DNA of 63,705 bases, filler included, from Chrysochromulina tobinii (taxonomy: Eukaryota): the NCBI GenBank assembly GCA_001275005.1. It is 6 parts of 6 records of this genome, joined end to end, with 100 filler letters (N's around TTAATTAATTAA, not from the genome) between each part and the next. Parts side by side here need not be neighbours in the genome. Positions count along the whole stretch, not along the records: positions 1 to 14,115 come from JWZX01001176.1; 5 more parts are not named here. One strand, given 5' to 3'. Under the pieces are notes generated by a model. That model was not told the DNA's origin, ran no database searches, and saw only the letters and a list, made by a program, of their open reading frames with translations. Shown piece by piece: positions 1 to 9,835 of the stretch. Numbering within the stretch: the first letter of the stretch is position 1; the number at the start of each line of letters is the position of its first letter. The position numbers were made by a program, and so were the translations under genes.

Positions 1-520
1 GGATGCGAAGCAAGCCAACGGCCCGCGATCTGGGCGTAGTCCCCGGCCTCCAGCCACGCGTGCCTCCGAGGGTCCGTCCTGGGGAGAGCGAGCATGAGGA
101 CATCGAGGCGTCGAGCCGCTGCTGCCTCCCGCTGGGCCGTGATGGCGTGCTGCATCCGGTGCTGCGCGGGTACCGTCTCAGCCGGGTGGCTAAGCAGGCC
201 AGGTGACTGCGTGACGTCCACGACGCCATCGACCTCCTCCCTAAGAAGAGCCCATGCATCCGAAAAGGCGTGCCCCAAGTCCGAGTCCGAGGCGAGGAGA
301 GTCGACATGCGGTGAGTCGACATGCGTAAGTCGGGCGTGTCAAAGTCAAAGGACCGGGCGCCGAGGCGGTGCGCGAGCTGAGGGAAGAAGCCTGGCCGTG
401 TGACGCCATCCGCCATCCGGGTGTCGAGGAGCCGCTCACCGGTCGCGCGGTATGAACGAAGCATGACGAAGGCAGGGACTGCCCACGACGCACACGCAAC
501 ACCGCACGGATGCAACCGCG
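1..520 (-). mobile_element. Fragment of a non-LTR retrotransposon ORF (CRE/R2-like region downstream of RT), running off the window start
   Basis: Manual translation of a stop-free minus frame from about 581 to 1 gives PAFV..RLLDTR..GFFPQLAHRLGARSF..LLASDSDLGHAFSDAWALL..QHAITAQRE..LPRTDPRRHAW..RWL, which resembles the post-RT segment of algal RLE-type LINEs. No RT motifs are in the window. Family assignment is by recall only. Confidence 0.5.
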
Positions 521-1148
521 GAACAAGGTGGATCGTGCCCAAAATCTCGAGCCGAGAATCGCGAAAGCCCGCCTTTGCCCTTTAGCGGAATCGCGAACCA
601 TGGAGCCGACATCGGCACCTCCGCGATCCACACGCACCCCGCTCGCACGCACGCTCAAGCTCGCGCAATAAAACACCCACCGACCACCCCAGCAGCCTAA
701 CCAGCAGCCACCTGCAGACATCCTCGTAGCGGTATTGTACGTAACCCGCTGGCGTCCAGGTACGGACAGTAGCCAGAACGACCGAGATGATCGCCGAGAC
801 AAGCGAGAACCCGAGATACACAATCTCAGAGATTATCTCGGCGAGCTCCGGCGAAGTGCCCAAGGCACGAGAGGCAACCGAGGATCGGTCGGACCCAATT
901 ACAGAGTATGTCCCTATAGCATAGTAAGATGCTACCGTGTACCTATTCACAGGTCAACCTTCATAGAGCTTGAGCGCTCCACACGAAACAACCATACTGG
1001 GCAGCTTTAGTTCTAGGTGTTCAACATACCATATGCGGAAGGGCCGACGGAAAAGGCATCCTAATTCGCGGCAAAAGTCGCATCTCGCACAAGGCTCGGA
1101 CGCTCGGTTTCTTCCGCTTTCTCCGCCCCCTTGCCTTCCCCGGAGACG

Positions 1149-2195
1149 ATGTGCGCTCGTGCCGCCTCTCTGTCGTGCCGCCTCTCGGCTCGGCGGGGCT
1201 CGGCGGGCCGCTTTGGGTCGGTGCCTCGACTCGCCTGCACCATCTTCCTCGCCATGATGGTGGGCATCACCAGCGCACAGAGCCAGACCATCTGCACAAA
1301 CACGTGCTCCTACGCCAACGATGGCACATGCGACGATGGCGGCCCGGGCGCTGAGTTCACCGGATCTTGCGCCTACGGCACCGACTGCGCCGACTGCGGA
1401 CCTCGTCAAGCCGCCATTTGCACAAACACGTGCTTCTACGCCAACCAGGACACATGCGACGATGGTGGCCCGGGCACCGAATTCACCGGATCTTGCGACT
1501 ACGGCACCGACTGCGCCGACTGCGGACCTCGTCAATTAACGTTGACACTTTGTTCATCTGGGACTGAGTGCGGCGCTTGTGATTATGGGCCTGTCAGACT
1601 TACATCTCCTGGGACCCCGAATCAGTGGGCCAATGAATACTACTACAAGACCACTTGGACTTATACTTGCAGTGCTTGTTCAGGAGTGGCCAGTGGAGGA
1701 GATTTGCCCATTTATCAAGCATATGATGTTACTGGGCTTAATGTCTATAATGTCTACCTGTGGTTCGACTGCTCGAATGGGAGATGGACCCGGTCCGTCG
1801 TCAACGCTGGTGCTGACAGCGAGACTTGCCCCTATAAGTTTGCCTGTGCTGGCCCTTACCCCGCGGGTACGATTATTGATCCTGCGTGGAGTTCATGCCC
1901 GTACGGTGGCGCTCCGATCTGCCCAGCGCCGTCTCCCCCCCCTCCCCCTCCCGACTCCGACGAGTTGATCGGTTTTTTGGCTTTGATCATAATCGGTGTT
2001 CTCCTTCTCGTCACTTTTCTCTGCGGTGGCATCTGCGTGTGTCTTGGCGTGTGTGTGCTGCCGATATGCTGCCGACCTAACCCTAACCCAGGGCCCAACT
2101 CCCGGGCCGGGCTTGAGATGAGGGAAGTGACTGTGCAGGGATACGACATGGGGCGCGTCGTCGTGGGCAGCGTGCACTCGGACTCCCGGGGATGA
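1149..2195 (+). CDS. Secreted/type I membrane protein with two 42-aa Cys-rich repeats, Pro linker and C-terminal TM helix
   Basis: Hydrophobic leader (LACTIFLAMMVGITSA), two copies of CTNTCxYANxxTCDDGGPGxEFTGSCxYGTDCADCGPR, then PSPPPPPP and TM segment LIGFLALIIIGVLLLVTFL. Confidence 0.75.
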   Translation: MCARAASLSCRLSARRGSAGRFGSVPRLACTIFLAMMVGITSAQSQTICTNTCSYANDGTCDDGGPGAEFTGSCAYGTDCADCGPRQAAICTNTCFYANQDTCDDGGPGTEFTGSCDYGTDCADCGPRQLTLTLCSSGTECGACDYGPVRLTSPGTPNQWANEYYYKTTWTYTCSACSGVASGGDLPIYQAYDVTGLNVYNVYLWFDCSNGRWTRSVVNAGADSETCPYKFACAGPYPAGTIIDPAWSSCPYGGAPICPAPSPPPPPPDSDELIGFLALIIIGVLLLVTFLCGGICVCLGVCVLPICCRPNPNPGPNSRAGLEMREVTVQGYDMGRVVVGSVHSDSRG

Positions 2196-2198
2196 GTC

Positions 2199-2233
<35 letters not shown>

Positions 2234-2640
2234 TCGCTGTGAGGCGCGGTCGGCAACATCCCTTCATCCGGGGCGAGGGCTCGGTTGCCGGCGGGAAGGT
2301 CAATGAGAACGTCACAAAGAGAAGATTGCTGACAAGGTCGCGGAGATGTTCAACTAACATAAGGCAAAGACGAGACCCGGGTAACGGATGTGGCCGGGGG
2401 GAGCGTGTTGGGAGCGGCAAAGACGAGACCCGGGTAGCCGATGTGGCGGGGGGTTAAGCCGGGGGGAGCGTGTTGGGAGCGTGCACACTCGATGGTTCCG
2501 ATGCCGGGCGCGTCGTCGTGGGCAGTGTGCACTCGGACTCCCGGGGATGAGTCGCAGCCGCAGCAGCAGCAGCAGCTCGCTGTGTGGCGCGGTCGGCAAC
2601 ATCCCATTAATCTGGGGCGAGGGCTCGGTTCTCGGTTGCG
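2148..2640 (+). repeat. Direct duplication of a gene 3' end (about 140 bp with a CAG microsatellite) plus an inner repeat of about 52 bp
   Basis: 2148-2290 matches about 2501-2640 (gggcgcgtcgtcgtgggcag..gatgagtcgcagc..ggcgagggctcggtt). gcaaagacgagacccgggta occurs at about 2364 and 2417. Confidence 0.85.
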
Positions 2641-3305
2641 ATGACACATGTGAAGATCGGTGGCAGGTCGTAGACCGTCTGTGTGATCTCCGAGTGCTTG
2701 CGTGATCTGGCATCCATGTGCATCTGGGTCGGGAGCGGTTGCAAACGCAGACAGCATGCCGAACAGCATGATCCCCGTGCACAGCAGCCAGAAATGGTGT
2801 GGGGCGAGCGCAGCACTTAGCAGTTCCACGTCATGGGGAGAGTCAGCGTTGGGCTTGGGGCGACGTGCAGGGCGAGGTGTGTGCATAAGTGGGGATAAGC
2901 CCAAGTGCAGGTCACCGGTGTGAGCGGTGTGAGAGCGGACGGGAAGTTGGCGCGTCAGCGTCACGCGCGACACGCTGACACCCCGCATGCCCCAGGCGAG
3001 GACGGAGTGCGCGAGTTGCGAGACGTCCCGGGTGCTGCAACCTGCATGGGCACTGTCTCCGTGTCTCGGGGGTTACGTCTCTTCTGGAAACCCAGTTTCC
3101 GATGGAAAATCCCCAGCTGTTGGGGAAAATCGGAAAAAGATTCGAACGAACTCCTAGATGGACAAATGACAAGGTCCGCCGAGCTCTGGCAAGGGGGTCG
3201 GAAAGGTGGAGCCCGGCAGCCGCCCCTCGCCAGGGTGGTGTTCTAGCCGTCCCGATGGTCGCCCACCGCGAAAAAAGTCCTCCGTCCCGAAGGTCAGTCC
3301 TCTCT

Positions 3306-5579
3306 TCACAAGAAAGTCGGCGTCACGTCGACGGCCAAGAATTTCTTGCCCGCCTCGGCCATCTCCTCTACGGATAAGTGGGCCCACGCGACCTTGGTGA
3401 ACGATTCGGTCGACATGCGTTTGAGCTTGGCGACGTCCTTTTGCGCGGCCGCTTTCGCGGCGATCTTCTCCCTTTCCGCCTTCTCTCTGACGATGAGCAT
3501 GGTGCACGGCGGAAAGAGGACCTCCTCTTCTTGCTGAAACTGCGAGATCTCGCTGATCGAGGCGCCCACATGAAAGCCGCTGTCGCTCTCGGGCTTCGGG
3601 TGCAGGCACCAGAGCACGTTCGCACCGTTGGACTGCATGTACCCGACGGGCGCGTCGCGGCTGCGCGACGTGGACATGAAGGCCATGTCGACCGCGCAGA
3701 CCATTTGTCCTGAGTCAGGCACCCAAAATGCGGGCTCGAGCTCCCCACGCACGCTACGCCAAAGCTTGAGGTGTGCCTCGTCGGGTTTCGTCACGGCGGC
3801 CAGCTTGCGGATCGCGCGGCAAATGTGGCCGACCGTGGCCGCGAACGTGAGCCCCGGGTGCGAGGCCACCGTTGCACGGAACTCGTCGTACAAAGGCGCA
3901 ATCTGGCGCAGGAAGGTGTTGAGAGGCTGGTAAGCGGGCCCTGAGTAGAGGCGGACGGCAAGGACCTCGTCAAGGGTGAGGAAGGCGTGGCCCTCGTCGA
4001 GAAGGACGCCATGGCCCTCCTTGCGCCGCTGTGCGATCATCTCGTTGACCTTCGTGCGAAAATCCTCGGGCAACTTGCCGTGGTTGTTCTGGTCGCGGTG
4101 GCCGGGGGTGCAGTTGGGTTTGGACTTGGCCGGTCCTTTGACGTAGGCCCATTCCTCGGCGAGGGTGTAGCTCCTGCCCTTCCAGTCTGACCAGCTCATC
4201 TCGCGCATGAACTCATCCTCCATGGTGAGCAGCGGCTTAGCGATCAGATCGTCCAGCCCCTTGAGGAACGCCTCGCGCTTGTTGTAGCTCAGGGTGAGGG
4301 CGATGCCGCACATCTTGCTCCCTTCGTCTTCACTCGTCCCTAGACCCTTCCGAGGCGGCTGGTAGGTGGCGGTTACGATGATGAGGCGCTGCCGCGGGTA
4401 CACGGGCGCGTCGCCGGGGTGGGCGGGCGCCTCCCAGGTGCCCGGCTCCTTGAGCTCCTTGAAGCGGAAGAGCGTGTTGGGCGGGAAATCTCCTGAGAAG
4501 AGTGAGGTGATCACAGCAGAGTGTGAGCCCTGCTCGTCATCGGCACTACTCTCGAAGCAGATGATGTCGGAGTGCTTCGCACAGCCCGCCAAGGACTCCC
4601 CGGTCTCGGGGTCGTTGTAAAGCACCATGAAGCCCTCCTCGGTGAACAGCTGCGGGTCCGCCGTCGCGTGCGTGAGAGACGATGACGTGAGCCCACGGAA
4701 GCCGGTTCCATCGGGCTCCATGACGAACTCCCAGTTGGGCTCGCGGCTCTCTAGGCCGTACAAGCCAGTGCGATTCCAATAGAGCTTCGAGTACAGCTCC
4801 TTCTCCGCCTTCTCCGCCGCGGCGCGTGCAGCGTCGCGCATGCCTCTCGGCAAGGGTGGAGATGGCGAGGAAGGGTCTTCTCCGTCCGCATCTCGCCTCT
4901 GAAGGAAAAGGGTCTCGGAGAGGGCATACGTGGACGCCGCGTAGCACGGGTCGCCGTCCTTGAGCGCGCGCGCGAGCGCCTCAACGCAGGTGAAGAGCAT
5001 CGTGTAGCACTCCGCGCGCTCGTGCGTCCAGCCCATCTGCTCGAGCGCATACGTATCGGCCTGCACCCATTCCTGCGACACGAACTTGTCGAAGTTGTCG
5101 TACTCGCGCACGTATGCCTCGTCCGCCTCGACGCTCCCCTCGCCCTGGCCGCTGAGCCGGTACGACTCGGCCTTCAGCTGCACCCACTCGTCCTGCCACT
5201 TGCGCTGCGGCGGCGGGCCGATCAGCTCGGGCAGCGTGCGCAGGTAACCAGCTCGTGAGGTCTTCGCCTCAGTCGGCAGCTTCTCATTGAGCAGGACCTT
5301 TATGCTCTCGACCTTTTGCTGCGCTTCCATGAGGTCTTTTCGCAAAACCTTCAGTAGATCGCTGCCGCTGCTGCTCTTCTTTGGGATGCCGGACATCGCC
5401 ACCGACCCATGCAGCCTGTTGATCAGCCGCTGCTGCTCCGCAATGTGCTGCTTTTGCTTCTCCGACTCGGCGCGCATCCTATCGAGCTCACGCAACAAGT
5501 CCGATGGAGAGGACCCCCGCGGGGTCGTCTCCTTCTCTTTTCGCGATGATATTGGGTGAAAAGACATGGTGGGAGGCAT
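3306..5579 (-). CDS. NAD+:arginine-type (R-S-E) ADP-ribosyltransferase domain protein with N-terminal coiled coil and an upstream degenerate ART-like domain
   Basis: Long intronless ORF with ART motifs VRLYSGPAYQPLN, LWRSV, AFMSTS and SQFQQEEEVLFPP. Alternative upstream ATG at 5687. Confidence 0.8.
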   Translation of the reverse strand: MPPTMSFHPISSRKEKETTPRGSSPSDLLRELDRMRAESEKQKQHIAEQQRLINRLHGSVAMSGIPKKSSSGSDLLKVLRKDLMEAQQKVESIKVLLNEKLPTEAKTSRAGYLRTLPELIGPPPQRKWQDEWVQLKAESYRLSGQGEGSVEADEAYVREYDNFDKFVSQEWVQADTYALEQMGWTHERAECYTMLFTCVEALARALKDGDPCYAASTYALSETLFLQRRDADGEDPSSPSPPLPRGMRDAARAAAEKAEKELYSKLYWNRTGLYGLESREPNWEFVMEPDGTGFRGLTSSSLTHATADPQLFTEEGFMVLYNDPETGESLAGCAKHSDIICFESSADDEQGSHSAVITSLFSGDFPPNTLFRFKELKEPGTWEAPAHPGDAPVYPRQRLIIVTATYQPPRKGLGTSEDEGSKMCGIALTLSYNKREAFLKGLDDLIAKPLLTMEDEFMREMSWSDWKGRSYTLAEEWAYVKGPAKSKPNCTPGHRDQNNHGKLPEDFRTKVNEMIAQRRKEGHGVLLDEGHAFLTLDEVLAVRLYSGPAYQPLNTFLRQIAPLYDEFRATVASHPGLTFAATVGHICRAIRKLAAVTKPDEAHLKLWRSVRGELEPAFWVPDSGQMVCAVDMAFMSTSRSRDAPVGYMQSNGANVLWCLHPKPESDSGFHVGASISEISQFQQEEEVLFPPCTMLIVREKAEREKIAAKAAAQKDVAKLKRMSTESFTKVAWAHLSVEEMAEAGKKFLAVDVTPTFL

Positions 5580-5843
5580 GATGCTCAGCAGGGGCTTTCT
5601 GATGCTCCTCCAACTTTTCTCAATTCCAAGTTTTGGGCGGGTGTTCGTCGCGTCGTGACGGGCGCCTCCTAAAAATGGGGCTCCCATTCACGTACACGCT
5701 AACCAGGTGGTTCAGAGCATACTGGATCTTATAAAACCCGCAGCCGACTGATGCTACCGATCAGGCTGCACTGATTACCTCTGCCAATGGTACACGGGAC
5801 AAGCCTCTTAGGCACTAATTATGCACAGCCGAGCGAGATCGGT

Positions 5844-7893
5844 TCACTGCCTCCCACCTCGGCCCTTGCCGCCGCGCCGTACTCTCAACCTTTTCGGTGA
5901 TTTAGCGTCGTTCTTAGCGTCGTTCTTAGCGTCGTCAGTGTCGTCGCCGAGCGGCTGCACCATCGTGGCCTTTCCGCTGTCCGAGTCCGCGACCACGTTG
6001 AGGGTGGACAGCTTGAATTTATGTCCGACCGTTGACGACTCGTCGAGCACGCGCACGCGTACCACGCACGAGGCGGACGCACCCGTCACTCGTATCTGGT
6101 GGGGTGCGAAGACTGAGATGTTGCGGTCTGTGTCAATCCGATGGCCATCAAGGGTGCTCCCCGGGCAGCGGCAGCCGTGATGACACGAGACCTCCGCGCG
6201 TCCCATGCCACCCGCGTACGATGTCAGGTAGCCAAGTGTCACTCGCACCAAGGCCGCATCGGCGCCCTCCTTCGCGTGACGAACACCACCACCGCCGCCT
6301 CCGCCGCCGCCTCCGCCGGCGCCTCCGCCGCCGGCGCCGACGCCGCCACCGCTGCCGCCACCGCCGCCGTCCGCATCGCTTGCCGTTGTCGCAACGATGC
6401 GCGTGTCCACGGGCAGATCAATGGTGGCGCCGGGCGCAAGCGCAAGAGCGCCGGGGGAGCGCTTGCCCGGCACGCCGCCCCGGAACGCGTGGTAGCAGTA
6501 CATGAACACAGGCGGCGCGGGCACCGCGGGCAGCGTGCGCGGGCAGGGGACTTCCAGATCGGCATGCATGCATTCGTCGAGTTGCATGCTGCTGCTGCTG
6601 CAGCTGGCTGTACGCCACGCAACGGGCGCCATGCGCTGGTACGCTCCGAAGCGGCCGCGGCCGCCCAGCCGGCCGAAGCCGTAGCAGCGCGCGTGGCCCA
6701 CCTTCGCGAGCCTTGCGGGCATGGGGGGGGGTACAGCCATGAGAGTGGTCATCAGTGGTCATTAGTGGTCATCAGTGGTCCTCAGTGGTCAATTGTGGCC
6801 ACTCATGGTCATCAGTGGTCATCAGTGGTCATCAGTGGCACTCACTTAGCGGCCATGGGGTATAGCGGCGGCGGCAGTCGGCCCCAATCGTGCGCAGGTG
6901 GTGGCGGCGGCGGCGAGGGCGGCAGCGGTGGCGACATCATTTGCGCAAATGTAGCCTGGGTCGCGCTGGGCCGGAGCAGACCCGACGTGAGCACAGACGC
7001 AAGCGCATGCTCCAGCCAGTGCGTCAGCATGGCTGCGAGCAAGTCAACCCCGAGCCGGCCGGTACTGGGATGCAGCCCGTCACTTGCCACGTCAAGCAAG
7101 GTCAGGCGCGGCGGCGAGTACATGAGTGGGGCGAGCGCCACGTCAAGCAAGGTCGCGAGTACATGAGTGGGGCGAGCGCCTCGAAGTACGAGAGGCACGA
7201 GACGCGGTAGTGCTGGCATAGGCGCAGCAGGTAATTCTCCATCCTGTGCCAGGCGGTGCGCTCGTATTGACCCCACAGCGTCAGGTTGCGCGGGTCGCGG
7301 CGATGCGCCCACTCCCGCACACTGAGGAAGACAATCGCTGGCGGCGACGGCACGTCGAGCAGAGCCCGCACGATGGCCTCGACAGCCTCGGGCGTGGTCG
7401 ACTTGGCCATCGAGCCGAATTCGAGCACCACCAGGTGCGGCCGTCGCGGGATGTGCGAAAAGAGGCACTCGGCCAGCAGATCTGCGGGAGTCGCATCGGC
7501 CGCACCGTTGTGAATGCGATGCGCCGCTGGCCAGGTACGATTAATCGCCTCGAGAAAGCGCACAAGGAAGCCCTTGATGAGCACGCGGTGCTGATGCGGC
7601 GGCACAGGGTTGTATAGCCGATCGACGCCGCGGTATTCCATGCACCGCTTGGCGGGCTGGTCTAAGCAGCCTCCTGCCTGCGCCACTGATGCGCCGACCA
7701 CCGCAATGTCCAGTGCGCCTCCCCCAAATAGATGGCGTCCAAGCCCAAGCAGCGATGAAGCCGGCGCGAGGTGCACCAGCGAGCGCTGGAGTAGCTCGGG
7801 GTCTTGGAGCACCTCTAATTTGGGCGATGGCTGCACGTGATGCTGAATCGATGTTCTCGGCGGCGACGAGAGGTTCAATCGACCCGCGCGCAT
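5844..7893 (-). CDS. SGNH/GDSL hydrolase-like protein (intron 6712-6845; apparent 41-nt frameshifting duplication near 7140)
   Basis: SGNH blocks VVGASVAQAGG, HNGAADAT, LVVLEFGSM and DGLHP, plus the algal-type C-terminal LGYLTSYAGGMGRAEVSCHHGCRC..HKFKL, spread over three ORFs. Confidence 0.65.
6712..6845 (-). other. Spliceosomal intron filled with a (CACTGATGAC)n decamer array
   Basis: GTGAGT donor and AAG acceptor. Phase-2 removal joins MAAK to LAKVGHARCY in frame. Confidence 0.7.
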
Positions 7894-8055
7894 GATGGCC
7901 GCGGAATTCTGTCGAAAACTGACGAAACATCTCTCGCGCGCACGCATGTGTTTCATCGCTCTCCGCCCGCATATGTTCGTTTCAACTGTTCGCCACGCCG
8001 CTTCTGACAGTCTTCTGACCGTGTTTTCTGGACGGGTGTGAACGTCGCGCGGCAA

Positions 8056-9606
8056 ATGGCCGCAGCGCGGCTCGTGGCTCAGGCTGCGGCCGCGTCGCGA
8101 GCGCAGCAGGCTGAGTTCCGCGCCTTCACGCGCGAGTGGAACCACTCGCTTGAGATGCTCGAGCGCTCCCTGCAGTCGACTGTGTCGACGAGTCACGGTG
8201 GCGCGCGGCATTGCGTCGATCGTGCCGCGCGCTGCGAGCACTTGCTGCGCGGGAGCGGTGCGGGCAATGGCACTAGCGTGAGCTGCTCGCGCGCACTTCG
8301 CCGGCGCTGCGCGCGCGCGTGCGGCGTGTGTGAGCGTTCGCGGCGTCACCACGAGCATGCGGAGCCGCCACGGTCTTCCTCTGCGTGCTCGCTCGTGGCC
8401 ACGCGCCACATTGCAAAGACTGGCGGCGTCTCCGTGCGTGATTGGATGCTGCAGCTTGAGAAGGCGGGCCAAGCACGCTTCTTTGGTCCGGTGACGTGGA
8501 TGCGCCACCGTGGACGCTGCGACGGCAACAAGCTCTTCTTGCACTGCTGCCACCCGTCCGACCCCCGTCCGGTGAGCGAGTGCCAGCAGGTGCCCGTGAC
8601 GGAGGCGCGCTCGATCGTCGTGCGGCAGCTTGCGGGAAACGAAGGCAGCGGTCTCGACAGCGGCGGCGGCGGCGGCAAGGGCGGCGTCGATGGCGGCAAG
8701 TGGCGAGCGGCCGTGGCAGCAGCTGCGCCCTCACTCACTTACGCTCTCACTCTCCTCGAGTTCCATTGGCCCGACTCGGCCCTTGGTGCGTGGGGGCCGT
8801 TCACTGATGGCCTCTGATTGCCTCTGACTCGGCCCTTGGTGCGTGGGGGCCGTTCACTGATGGCCTCGGATTGCCTCTGACTCGGCCCTTGGTGCGTGGG
8901 GCACGCCGTTCACTGATGGCCTCTGATCGCCTCTGATCGCCACTGATTGTCGCCGATGGCATGCATTGCAGGTAAGTGGGGTGAACCCTTCACTTTTTTG
9001 CAGATGCTCCCCCGGATGCGGCCAGCGGTGCTGCCCGGCTGTCGCGTGGTAGTGACGACGGTGATACGGGATCCTCTCACCCTTTATCCGTCGCTACAGC
9101 GTCACCAATACGACGCGATGCGCGAGTATGGGCGCGAGGCGCTCCAACAGCGCTGCGCTTGCAACCTGAGTGCATGCGACGTGCTCGGATTTGTGGCCGC
9201 TTTCCCAAACTTCCAAGGATGGCGACTCACCTCACCGCGCTGGCTGTACCCGCCGCTCGAGCACGTGGGGCATGAGCCGATGCGCCGCGCCGCGACGCGC
9301 CTGCTCGATCGTCTGGATCTTGTGGGCGTCTTTGAGCGTCTCGGCGAGTGGCTGCAGCTCGTGTGTGAGCTCGCCGCGATCTCGCCGTGTCCGCCGCTGC
9401 CGCACCTGAACGCCAAGCACTCGACGCGTAAGACAGAGGCGTGCGAACCGCCCGAGCCTGGGGCGCTCGCGGCGGCGGTGCGCGAGCACGCCCTTGCCGA
9501 CGTGCAGCTGCATGCGCACGCTGCTGCGAGCTTCGAGCTCGCGCTCGAGCGACACCGGCGCAGCGCGTCTAGGGTTGCGCGACGACGGCGTCATGCAATG
9601 GCCTAA
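8056..9606 (+). CDS. Sulfotransferase (Sulfotransfer_2/Gal-3-O-sulfotransferase-like), 2 exons
   Basis: 5'-PAPS motif HIAKTGGVS, 3'-PAPS motif IRDPL..S and DLVGVFERL. Intron 8786-8971 joins the two ORFs in frame. Divergent from the SGNH gene across 162 bp. Confidence 0.75.
8786..8971 (+). other. Intron with a triplicated exon-end/donor unit and decamer repeats
   Basis: GTGCGT donor, TTGCAG acceptor, phase 1. A 53-bp unit starts at 8773, 8826 and 8879. Confidence 0.85.
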
Positions 9607-9835
9607 AAAGCCCGCGCGGTTAGGGTTTCCGACCATGTCTTAGACATCGTCAAACAAAATTGAAAATAGAACTCTGATTTTTCACCTTCCATTTCGTCTC
9701 GTACCGGTCAAATTATTCACTAGCGCCGCGCGTAGGGTTAGGCCTTAACGTCTAAAAGGTCGGGTTCTTACCCGCGGAGTTTAGGGTTAGTCAAAAAATA
9801 CAAATACACTTGAACATTCCCGTCCTGGAGCTACT

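Noticed and set aside
582..950. 122-aa hydrophobic ORF
   Set aside because: No recognisable motif and atypical codon use. It cannot be supported as a gene.
8773..8930. Repeat-spacer-like patterns here and at 15369-15559 and 25330-25900 considered as CRISPR arrays
   Set aside because: The context is eukaryotic, the spacers are themselves repeats, no cas genes are present, and intron structure explains them.
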